Assembly (NCBI GenBank): GCA_963558895.1
Contig: CAUWIK010000004.1
Location: forward strand, 32,966 to 96,965
Direction: 5' to 3'
Source: an uncultured Chlamydiaceae bacterium
GTDB lineage: Bacteria; Chlamydiota; Chlamydiia; Chlamydiales; Chlamydiaceae
Length of the DNA stretch: 64,000 nucleotides
The notes beneath the pieces are model-generated. The model was not told the origin of the DNA, searched no databases, and saw only the letters and a list, made by a program, of their open reading frames with translations. How positions within the stretch are numbered: the stretch's first letter is position 1; the number at the start of each line of letters is the position of its first letter. The position numbers and the translations under genes were made by a program. Of this stretch, positions 52,869 to 61,525 are shown piece by piece.

Positions 52869-55800
52869 AAAAAGTCTTACTACTAGGTTCTGGAGGGTTA
52901 AGAATAGGCCAAGCAGGAGAATTTGATTATTCTGGATCTCAAGCTATAAAAGCTCTTAAAGAAGAAAATATAGAAATAGTTCTTTTAAATCCTAATATTG
53001 CTACAGTGCAAACTGATCCTGGAATGGCTGATAAAGTATATTTAATGCCTTCATCTTTAGAAGAAACTAAAAAAATTATTATTAAAGAAAAACCAGATGC
53101 TATTTTATTAGGCTTTGGTGGGCAAACTGCATTAAATTTGGGTTTGGAACTTTATGATTGTGGTTTTTTAGAAGAAAATAACATTGTTGTTCTGGGAACT
53201 TCGATTCAATCAATTAAAATAACAGAAGATAGAGAGTCGTTTAAACAATCTTTGCATTCTATAGGTGTTGCTACTCCTAAAAGCAAACAAGTTTCTTCTT
53301 TGGAAGAAGCTGTGAAAGAGGCTCATCAATTAGGTTTTCCTGTAATGATGCGTTTAGGTTTTTCTTTAGGTGGATTAGGATCTGGAAAAATTGTTGATGA
53401 AAGAGATTTAATAGAAAAAGCATCTGTAGCTTTGAGTTATTCTCCTACATTACTTATAGAAGAGTATTTGGAAGGTTGGAAGGAAATAGAATATGAAATA
53501 ATTAGAGATGTTTTTGGAAATACTTTAACTGTATGTAATATGGAAAATTTTGATCCTCTTGGAATTCATACAGGGGAGAGTATTGTCGTTTGCCCTTCGC
53601 AAACATTGACTAATTATGAATATCATATGTTAAGAGAAGTAGCTATTAAGGTAGCTAACCATTTAGAAATTTTAGGAGAGTGTAATATTCAATATGCTCT
53701 TAACCCTCTAACTTCTGAATATCGAGTCATTGAAGTAAATGCAAGGCTCTCTAGATCTAGTGCGTTAGCTTCAAAAGCAACAGGATATCCTTTGGCTTTT
53801 GTAGGAACAAAATTAATGCTTGGTTATCCTCTTAATGAAATTAAAAATGCTATTACTCAGATAACTACTTCTTTTTTTGAACCAGCTTTAGATTATATTG
53901 TTGTAAAGATGCCTCGTTGGGATACTCATAAGCTAAAGTTGGCTAATCGTACTATTGGTTCTGAAATGAAAAGTGTAGGAGAAGTTATGGGAATTGGAAG
54001 AACCTTTAACGAGGCTCTACACAAAGCTTTGAGAATGTGTAATTTGGGTTGTGAAGGATTATTAGATCATATTCCTTTTTCTGAGAGTATTTTAGAAGCT
54101 GAAATTGCAACTCCTACAGATAAAAGGCTTTTTGCTATTGCTCAGTTTATAGCTTGCGGTGGTTCTATAGATAGAATACATATTTTATCTGGTATAGATA
54201 AATGGTTTTTATATCAGATTAAAGAAGCTGTAGATTTTTCTTTGGTCATCCAAAATCGAGATAAAGAACTGAGTAGGGAAGAGCTTATGTTGGCAAAAAG
54301 ATTAGGTTTTTCAGATAAGTATATAGCTAATTTAGTAAAAGTTGATGTGGAGGAAATTAGAGAAAAAAGGATAAGTTATGGAATAGTTCCTGTTGTCAAA
54401 CAAATAGATACGTTGGCTGGTGCTTATGATGCTTTTACAAATTATTTATATATGACATATTGCGGAGATGAGAATGACATTTCTCCTTCTCCAACCAGAC
54501 CAATTGTTGTTTTAGGTTCTGGCCCTTATGCTATTGGATCTTCGGTTGAGTTTGATTGGTGCGCAGTTAATACTATTCGTTGCCTTCGTAAAAATAATGA
54601 ATATTCAATTATCATTAATTCTAATCCAGAAACAGTTTCTACTGATTATGACGAATCAGATAGATTGTATTTTGAAGAAATTTCTTTAGAGAGAGTTAGA
54701 GATATTGTTGATTATGAGCAGTCTAAAGGTATTATAGTTTCTGTTGGTGGACAGATAGCTAATAATCTAGCTTTGCCTTTGGATTCTTTAGGATATTCTA
54801 TTTTAGGAACTTCTCCAAAAAATATTGATATGGCAGAAGATAGACAAAAGTTTTCTTTGTTATTGAATCATTTAAATATTGATCAACCAGAATGGATTGA
54901 AGCAACAAATCATCAAGATGCTTTATCTTTTGCTAAGAGGATTAATTTTCCAGTATTAGTTAGGCCTTCTTATGTTCTTTCTGGTGCTGCTATGAGCATT
55001 ATTTATAATGAAGAAATGTTAGTAGATTTTCTTGATAAAGCTTTATTAGCTGCAGCAGGACATTCAGTGGTAATTTCCAAATTTATTTTGGAAGGTAAAG
55101 AATTTGAAATGGATGGAGTTGCTCAAAATGGTAATATTATTATTAAAGCATATTCTGAACATATAGAACATGCAGGAGTGCATTCTGGAGATGCTACTAT
55201 TGTTTTGCCTCCGCAAAGACTTTTTTTAGAAACTATTCGACAATCAAACATTATTGCTAAAAAAATTGTCGCAGCTTTAAATATTTCTGGGCCTTTTAAT
55301 ATTCAATTTATAGCAAAAAGGGGTCAAGTTAAAGTTATAGAGTGCAACTTAAGAGCTTCTCGTTCTTTACCTTTTGTTTCTAAGGTAACAGGATATAATT
55401 TTATTTCTTTTGTAGTAGATGTTCTTTTAAATAAGACAATTAAAAAGCAAGATTATAATACTTTAGATTTAGATTACGTTGGTGTAAAGGCTCCTTTATT
55501 TTCTTATAATAGGCTAAAAGGTTCTAATCCAGTAGCTTGTGTAGAAATGGCGTCTACAGGAGAAGTTGCTCATTTAGGAGAAAATTTATATAAAGCTTTT
55601 TGGGGGGCTTGGAGATCTACTGAACAACAAATAAAAGGTAAAAAAATTTTGTTGAGTTTAGGAGGGAGTACGAAAGAACGTTTAATTCATGAGGTAAAGA
55701 TATTAGATAAATTAGGTTGGGAATTTTATTCTACAACAGGAACTCATGATTACCTTTCTTATAATGGAATAGCTTCTCGTTGTTTATTTAAAGCAAGTGA

Positions 55801-56056
55801 TTGTATTAGTCCAGATATTAGAGAAGTAATTAAGAATCAAGAAGTTGATTTAATTATTAATATACCTCGCTCTACGGAATTAAAACCAAATACAGATGGG
55901 TTTTTTATTAGACGTTTAGCTATTGACCATCGAGTTCCTTTAATTACAGACCTTCAGGTTGCCCGAGTATTTTTAAATTGTTTAATCCAAATTGAAGATC
56001 TTTTTCCAGATGTTAAATCTTGGGCAGATTATGTGAGGAAAGGTTATGAAGGATAA
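52850..56056 (+). CDS. carB: carbamoyl-phosphate synthase large subunit
   Basis: 1068 aa. Duplicated ATP-grasp halves (GSGGLRIGQAGEFDYSGSQA and GSGPYAIGSSVEFDWC) and a C-terminal MGS-like allosteric domain. Confidence 0.97.
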   Translation: MYIGSIKKVLLLGSGGLRIGQAGEFDYSGSQAIKALKEENIEIVLLNPNIATVQTDPGMADKVYLMPSSLEETKKIIIKEKPDAILLGFGGQTALNLGLELYDCGFLEENNIVVLGTSIQSIKITEDRESFKQSLHSIGVATPKSKQVSSLEEAVKEAHQLGFPVMMRLGFSLGGLGSGKIVDERDLIEKASVALSYSPTLLIEEYLEGWKEIEYEIIRDVFGNTLTVCNMENFDPLGIHTGESIVVCPSQTLTNYEYHMLREVAIKVANHLEILGECNIQYALNPLTSEYRVIEVNARLSRSSALASKATGYPLAFVGTKLMLGYPLNEIKNAITQITTSFFEPALDYIVVKMPRWDTHKLKLANRTIGSEMKSVGEVMGIGRTFNEALHKALRMCNLGCEGLLDHIPFSESILEAEIATPTDKRLFAIAQFIACGGSIDRIHILSGIDKWFLYQIKEAVDFSLVIQNRDKELSREELMLAKRLGFSDKYIANLVKVDVEEIREKRISYGIVPVVKQIDTLAGAYDAFTNYLYMTYCGDENDISPSPTRPIVVLGSGPYAIGSSVEFDWCAVNTIRCLRKNNEYSIIINSNPETVSTDYDESDRLYFEEISLERVRDIVDYEQSKGIIVSVGGQIANNLALPLDSLGYSILGTSPKNIDMAEDRQKFSLLLNHLNIDQPEWIEATNHQDALSFAKRINFPVLVRPSYVLSGAAMSIIYNEEMLVDFLDKALLAAAGHSVVISKFILEGKEFEMDGVAQNGNIIIKAYSEHIEHAGVHSGDATIVLPPQRLFLETIRQSNIIAKKIVAALNISGPFNIQFIAKRGQVKVIECNLRASRSLPFVSKVTGYNFISFVVDVLLNKTIKKQDYNTLDLDYVGVKAPLFSYNRLKGSNPVACVEMASTGEVAHLGENLYKAFWGAWRSTEQQIKGKKILLSLGGSTKERLIHEVKILDKLGWEFYSTTGTHDYLSYNGIASRCLFKASDCISPDIREVIKNQEVDLIINIPRSTELKPNTDGFFIRRLAIDHRVPLITDLQVARVFLNCLIQIEDLFPDVKSWADYVRKGYEG

Positions 56057-56957
56057 AAATTTATTAACAATAGAGTCATTGAATAAAGAAGAAATATTAG
56101 AAATATTAGATGCAGCTACCCTTATGAAACAAGGGAATTATGATAAGAATTTATTAGAAAATAATATTTTAGCTTCTTGTTTTTTTGAACCGTCAACAAG
56201 AACACGTTTTTCTTTTGAATCAGCTATGTATCGACTGGGTGGCAAAGTAATTAGCCTCAATGGAGAAGAAGCAAGTTCTATGAAAAAAGGGGAGACATTG
56301 TTTGATACAATAAAAGTATTAGGTAGTTATGCTGATATTATTGTATTAAGGCATCCTTTAGAAGGTGTTGCGAAAAGAGCTGCAGAAGCTGTTGATAAAC
56401 CTATAATTAATGCTGGAGATGGAGCTCACGAGCATCCTTCCCAAGCACTTATAGATTTATTTTCTATTAGAGAAAGTCAAGGTAGTTTGGAAAATTTGAA
56501 TATTGCTGTTATTGGAGATTTATTACATGGACGTGCTGTTCATTCTTTGGTTTTAGCGTTTTTAAATTTTTGTAATCGTTTATTTTTTATCTCTCCGGAA
56601 GAATTTTCTTTGCCTAAATCGTTATCAAATAAATTGAGAGCTAAAGGGATTCCTTTTTCATTTAATAAAAATCTTGATGATATTATAGATAATTTGGATG
56701 TTCTTTATGTTACAAGAATTCAAAAAGAACGTTTCTATGATAAATATGATTATTTAGGTGTAAAAAATTCTTATAGAATATCTTTAGAACAATTGAGAGG
56801 TTGTAAGTCAAATTTAAAAGTATTTCATCCTCTTCCAAAAGTTGATGAGATTGATGTTAATATAGACAACTCTCCTTATGCTTACTACTTTATTCAGGCA
56901 ACCAATGGATTGTATGTTAGACAAGCATTATTAGCAAAATTGTTGAGGAAATTATGA
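56046..56957 (+). CDS. pyrB: aspartate carbamoyltransferase catalytic chain
   Basis: 303 aa. FFEPSTRTRFSFESA, HPSQALIDL and HPLPKVDEI. Confidence 0.96.
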   Translation: MKDKNLLTIESLNKEEILEILDAATLMKQGNYDKNLLENNILASCFFEPSTRTRFSFESAMYRLGGKVISLNGEEASSMKKGETLFDTIKVLGSYADIIVLRHPLEGVAKRAAEAVDKPIINAGDGAHEHPSQALIDLFSIRESQGSLENLNIAVIGDLLHGRAVHSLVLAFLNFCNRLFFISPEEFSLPKSLSNKLRAKGIPFSFNKNLDDIIDNLDVLYVTRIQKERFYDKYDYLGVKNSYRISLEQLRGCKSNLKVFHPLPKVDEIDVNIDNSPYAYYFIQATNGLYVRQALLAKLLRKL

Positions 56958-57400
56958 AAGAAAAATTATTGGATGTAGCTGCTATTCGTAATGGAACGGT
57001 TATAGATCATATTCCTCCAGGAAATGCTTTGAAAATTATTTCTTTGTGTTCTCTTGAAGTTAATCAATCTAGAACTTTTATTGGACTTAATTTAAAAAGT
57101 ACAAAGATGAAGGTAAAAGATTTATTGAAGATAGAAAATTTAGAAATCTCTCAAGATTTATTAGATGTAATAGTTATTTTGGGGGGACATTCTTTAACTG
57201 TAAATCTAATCAAGAATTTTGAAATTGTTAATAAGTTTAAACCTAGAATCCCTAAAATGATTTCGGTTAAATTTTGTTGTAATAATGAAAGATGTATATC
57301 TCATTATGAAAAAACTCCTGGTAAATTTAATGTTATTTCTAAAAGCAATGTTATAGATTTAATATGTTTTTATTGTGATGAACCTTATATAGTAAAATGA
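56954..57400 (+). CDS. pyrI: aspartate carbamoyltransferase regulatory chain
   Basis: 148 aa. AIRNGTVIDHIP, LKIEN and the Zn domain CCNNERCISH ... CFYCDE. Aligns along its whole length with my recollection of E. coli PyrI. ATGA overlap with pyrB. Confidence 0.92.
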   Translation: MKEKLLDVAAIRNGTVIDHIPPGNALKIISLCSLEVNQSRTFIGLNLKSTKMKVKDLLKIENLEISQDLLDVIVILGGHSLTVNLIKNFEIVNKFKPRIPKMISVKFCCNNERCISHYEKTPGKFNVISKSNVIDLICFYCDEPYIVK

Positions 57401-58656
57401 AGACAATAAAAATCAAAAATCTTTTATCAATAGATAACTATCGTTTTGATATTACTTGCCAAAATATTTTTAAAAATTTTGTTTGTGAAGATATAGATGG
57501 GTCTTCTTTAGTAGCTTTTCCTGCTGTTATTGATCCTCATGTGCATTTTCGTACTCCTGGACATGAACATAAAGAGTCATGGAAGTTTGCTGCTTTCCCA
57601 GCAATATTGGGAGGAGTAACTACGGTTTTTGATATGCCTAATAATTCTCCTTTTATTTCTTCTATATCTCAATTAAGTATGAAACATTCTTTAATAGAAA
57701 ATCAGTTAAAAGAAGCAGATATTCCATTAAGATATAAATTATTTTTAGGAGCTACAGCTTGTAATTTTCATGATATTGAGATGATAAATTATTATAAGCA
57801 GATATGTTGTGGAATAAAGGTATTTTTAGGAAATTCAACGGGAGCAAGTTTTTTATCTTACAGTATTTTAGATAGAATTTTTAGAATTGCTGCAGAATTA
57901 AACTTAGTTGTAGCTGTGCATGCAGAAGATGAAGAAATTATACGAAAGAAACAAAGTTGTATGGGAGCTAAAGATTGGACTCAGATTAATGCTCATTCTT
58001 TATCTAGGCCGAGAGAAGCTGCAATAAAAGCTGTAGATCATGTTATAGAATTATCTCATAAACATGGTACGAAAGTTCATATACTACATGTTTCAACAGA
58101 AGAAGAATTAAAATTAATTAAAGAAGGAAAGAAAACAAATAAAACAATTTTTGCAGAAGCAGCTTTGCCTCATTTGTTTTTTGATGAAGAAGATTATATT
58201 TCATTAGGAAATTGTATAAAAGTTAATCCTCCAGTAAGAAATAAGTTAGATAGGGAAGCATTATGGGAGGCTATTAATTCTGGCTTAATAGATACGGTAG
58301 GATCTGATCATGCTCCACATTTAATTTATGAAAAACAAGTTTCTATAGAAAAAGCTCCTTCTGGAATCCCTGGAAACCCTTTTTTATTTCCTTTGATTTT
58401 AAATGCTGTTAATGAAGGATTGTTAATTAAAGAAAGGGTAACCAAGATAACACATGATGTTATTGTAGATTTATATGATTTAGAAGAAACTCAAGATTTT
58501 GTTTTAGTAGATATGAAAAAAGAACATAAAATAGAGGAAAGGGATATTAAGTCTTTATGTAAGTGGTCTCCTTTTTTAGGTAAATCTATTAAAGGATGGC
58601 CTATGTATGTAATTTTAAAAGGTACTCTTTATCCAGGATTAGGAGTATATTTATGA
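57397..58656 (+). CDS. pyrC: dihydroorotase (long, type I form)
   Basis: 419 aa. Amidohydrolase metal ligands DPHVHFRTPG, VHAED, HILHVST and GSDHAPH. ATGA overlap with pyrI. Confidence 0.92.
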   Translation: MKTIKIKNLLSIDNYRFDITCQNIFKNFVCEDIDGSSLVAFPAVIDPHVHFRTPGHEHKESWKFAAFPAILGGVTTVFDMPNNSPFISSISQLSMKHSLIENQLKEADIPLRYKLFLGATACNFHDIEMINYYKQICCGIKVFLGNSTGASFLSYSILDRIFRIAAELNLVVAVHAEDEEIIRKKQSCMGAKDWTQINAHSLSRPREAAIKAVDHVIELSHKHGTKVHILHVSTEEELKLIKEGKKTNKTIFAEAALPHLFFDEEDYISLGNCIKVNPPVRNKLDREALWEAINSGLIDTVGSDHAPHLIYEKQVSIEKAPSGIPGNPFLFPLILNAVNEGLLIKERVTKITHDVIVDLYDLEETQDFVLVDMKKEHKIEERDIKSLCKWSPFLGKSIKGWPMYVILKGTLYPGLGVYL

Positions 58657-58925
58657 AAATTTCCAATAATAGATTTGGGAAAAATAACAAAAGATAAGTT
58701 AGACCATAAAGAGTTTGGTTTATTAAAGAAAAGTTCTAAATAGTTAATTAAAATTTGTTTTTGTTTTTGAAGATAATCAATAGCTATCATGTTAGAGGGG
58801 ATAAAAAATCCTAAATATTTTTGGTTATGGTGTTCTTCAATGGATAAGATATTAGATGAATTTGAAAAATACAGTTGTTCAAGTTTTTGAGTTAAATTAA
58901 TTCCAATAAAAATTTGTGTTTCCAT
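58629..58925 (-). CDS. orphan 98-aa ORF, antisense-oriented, filling the pyrC-pyrD gap (possibly not expressed)
   Basis: It spans almost exactly the 280-nt gap, whereas the + strand there is full of stops. No ribosome binding site is seen upstream of its ATG, no family is recognised, and any promoter would lie inside pyrD. Confidence 0.25.
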   Translation of the reverse strand: METQIFIGINLTQKLEQLYFSNSSNILSIEEHHNQKYLGFFIPSNMIAIDYLQKQKQILINYLELFFNKPNSLWSNLSFVIFPKSIIGNFHKYTPNPG

Positions 58926-58936
58926 AAGGTAGAAAT

Positions 58937-60046
58937 ATGATAAATGATGATTATTTACAAGATGATTCCTTAAATTTTTGGCTTAAAAATCCTCCTATTT
59001 ATGATATCTCTAAATCATATGAGGAAAATTTATTGCAAGGACCTTTTCTTAGAGAAAATTTTTTATCTAAAAGGATTTTTCCTTCTGAAGATTTATGGAT
59101 AGATTTTTTAGGTCATAAAATAGCTTCTCCTATAGGTATTCCTGCAGGACCTTTGTTGGATGCAGACTGGGTAATAGCAGCATCGCGCTTAGGATTTGAT
59201 GTTCTTACTTATAAGACAATTCGTAGCCGTTTTACTCCAGCTCACAAGCTTCCTAATATGTTGTTTGTAGATAAAGATTCTTTAGTAGCTTTACCTAAAG
59301 GTAAACGACCAAAAAATATTTTAGATTTAGCAGTAACAAATTCTTTTGGAGTTCCTTCTCAAGATATTGAATTTATAAAAAAAGATATAAAAAAAGCCTT
59401 AGAAGGTATTAAAAAAGGTCAATTGTTGATTGTATCAGTTATGGGAACTTCTCCTAGTAATGCTCATGAACCTTCTTTAGAAGAAGATTTTGCTCAGACT
59501 GCTTTATTAGCTGTTGAAGCAGGAGCTCCCATTATAGAGTTAAATTTTTCATGCCCTAATTTAAGTTGCTCTTTAGGGGAAACTTATACGGATGCTAACT
59601 TTATTGCTAAGGTAATTTCTAATGTAAAATCTTATATTAAAGATGTTCCTATAATAGCTAAGTTAGGTAAATTTGATAATGATGCTACTTTGAGAAAAGT
59701 AGTTTGTGCTGTTGCTGAAGCTGGAGGAGCAGGCATTTGTGGGCTTAATACATTAAAAATAGAACTTAAAGATGAAAATGGGGAACCAGCTTTAGGAAAA
59801 GAACGATTAAAAGCTGGTATATGTGGTGTTCCTTTAAGACAAGAAGCTTTGGAATTTGGGAAAAAAGTAACTCTAATTAAACAACAAGAAAATTTGGATT
59901 TAAAATTGCTACTTACAGGAGGAGCAGTAATTCCAGAGCATTTACATGATTTTTTAAATGTTTCTGCAGATATAGCAATGACTGCAGCTGGTATGATGTG
60001 GAATCCTTTTTTAGCTTTACAATTTCATGGGAGTGTTCATGTGTAA
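58937..60046 (+). CDS. pyrD: dihydroorotate dehydrogenase, divergent class-1-like (Cys catalytic base)
   Basis: 369 aa. ASPIGIPAGP, ELNFSCPN (Cys where class 2 enzymes have Ser) and LLLTGGAV. About 50-aa N-terminal extension. No pyrK next to it. Confidence 0.75.
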   Translation: MINDDYLQDDSLNFWLKNPPIYDISKSYEENLLQGPFLRENFLSKRIFPSEDLWIDFLGHKIASPIGIPAGPLLDADWVIAASRLGFDVLTYKTIRSRFTPAHKLPNMLFVDKDSLVALPKGKRPKNILDLAVTNSFGVPSQDIEFIKKDIKKALEGIKKGQLLIVSVMGTSPSNAHEPSLEEDFAQTALLAVEAGAPIIELNFSCPNLSCSLGETYTDANFIAKVISNVKSYIKDVPIIAKLGKFDNDATLRKVVCAVAEAGGAGICGLNTLKIELKDENGEPALGKERLKAGICGVPLRQEALEFGKKVTLIKQQENLDLKLLLTGGAVIPEHLHDFLNVSADIAMTAAGMMWNPFLALQFHGSVHV

Positions 60047-60644
60047 CCAATCTTTAAGAAAAGTTATTCTAGAACTATTCGACATAGGTGTTTTTCAATT
60101 TGGTAATTTTACTTTAAAAACAGGAATTAATTCTCCCATATATATAGATTTAAGAAGAATTATTTCTAAGCCAAAGTTGTTAGTTATTATATCTAAATTA
60201 ATGTGGAAAGATTTTCTAGATTCAATAGATGTTATTTGTGGAGTTCCATATACGGCTCTACCTATAGCTACAGTACTTTCTATTGAATATCAAATTCCAT
60301 TAGTTTTAAAGAGAAAAGAAGAGAAGAACTATGGATTAAAGAAGAAGATAGAAGGAATTTTTCATGAAGGAAATAGGTGTGTAATAATAGAGGATGTTAT
60401 TACATCTGGATCTAGCATTTTAGAAACTAAAAAAGATTTGGAAAAAGAAGGTCTTTTAGTGAAAGAAGCTTTGGTTTTTCTGAACAGGGGTCAGGGAGGA
60501 GAAAATAATTTATTAAGTAAAGGAATAAAGGTTTATTCTGTTTGTTCGTTATTTGAGGTTTTAGACATTCTTCTTTATTCTATGAAAATTGATCAGGTTT
60601 GTTATGAAAGAGTTATAAATTTTTTAAATACTCATCGGGTATAA
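60039..60644 (+). CDS. pyrE: orotate phosphoribosyltransferase, UMP-synthase (eukaryote)-like type
   Basis: ATG at 60039 overlaps the pyrD end. [43 protein letters not shown] and the PRPP loop [17 protein letters not shown]. Near-collinear with my recollection of the N-terminal domain of human UMPS. Confidence 0.92.
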   Translation: [201 protein letters not shown]

Positions 60645-60647
60645 AAT

Positions 60648-61424
60648 ATGAAAAATAAAAGTTATTCTGATAGAGCAAAATTAACAAAACATTCTTTAGG
60701 AAAAGATTTACTAGAGTTATTAGACAAAAAACAAACAAATTTGGGGGTAGCTCTTGATGTTACATCTTGTAAAGAATTTTTAAAAATAGCTAATGAGATA
60801 GGTCCTCATATATGTATTCTTAAAACTCATATAGATATATTAGAAGATTTTACTATAGATTTTATTCAGCAATTAATGGATTTGTCTATAAAGCATAATT
60901 TTCTAATTTTTGAAGATAGAAAATTTGCTGATATTGGTAATACAGTACAACTACAATATAAAAAAGGCATTTATAGAATTTCTGATTGGGCTCATATAAT
61001 TAATGCTCATATTTTACCAGGATCTGGTATTATTGAAAGTTTAAGGACAGTTGGTCTTCCTCTTAATAGAGGATTATTATTACTTGCAGAGATGAGTTCA
61101 AAGGATAACTTGTTTTCTGCTTCATATACTTCAACAGCTGTTAGGTGGGCAGAACTGTATGAAGATTTTGTTATTGGTTTTATTTCTCGAAGAAAATTAT
61201 CTTTTAATGAATCTTTTATTTATTTTACTCCTGGGGTAAGTTTAAATAGGCAAAGTGATGCAATAGATCAAAATTATTTTACTCCAGAACAAGTGATAGG
61301 ATCCTTAGGAAGCGATATTATATTAGTAGGAAGAGATATTTATAAAGCAGAGTTTCCTGGTAAACAAGCTGAACTTTATAGACAAGAAGGATGGGATGCA
61401 TATAAAACTCGTTTGAGTGTTTAA
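60648..61424 (+). CDS. pyrF: orotidine-5'-phosphate decarboxylase, URA3/UMPS (eukaryote)-like type
   Basis: 258 aa. KQTNLGVALDV, ICILKTHIDIL, FLIFEDRKFADIGNTV, LLLLAEMSS, GSDIILVGR and the GWDAYKTRL C-terminus all parallel yeast URA3 / human UMPS as I recall them. Confidence 0.93.
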   Translation: MKNKSYSDRAKLTKHSLGKDLLELLDKKQTNLGVALDVTSCKEFLKIANEIGPHICILKTHIDILEDFTIDFIQQLMDLSIKHNFLIFEDRKFADIGNTVQLQYKKGIYRISDWAHIINAHILPGSGIIESLRTVGLPLNRGLLLLAEMSSKDNLFSASYTSTAVRWAELYEDFVIGFISRRKLSFNESFIYFTPGVSLNRQSDAIDQNYFTPEQVIGSLGSDIILVGRDIYKAEFPGKQAELYRQEGWDAYKTRLSV

Positions 61425-61525
61425 AGATTTTGATAAGATTAATTTATAAATTAAAATGATTCTTTTATTTTTTTATTTCTTTTAAAATAAAATTATCCAC
61501 AATTATTAATTGTTCTTTATTAAAT

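Noticed and set aside
51680-61525. Looked for mobile-island hallmarks around the pyr block (integrase, transposase, flanking tRNA, direct repeats)
   Set aside because: None found. The two junction spacers share only trivial AT-rich words such as TTGAT/TTAAT, so I do not call it a mobile element or genomic island in the strict sense.
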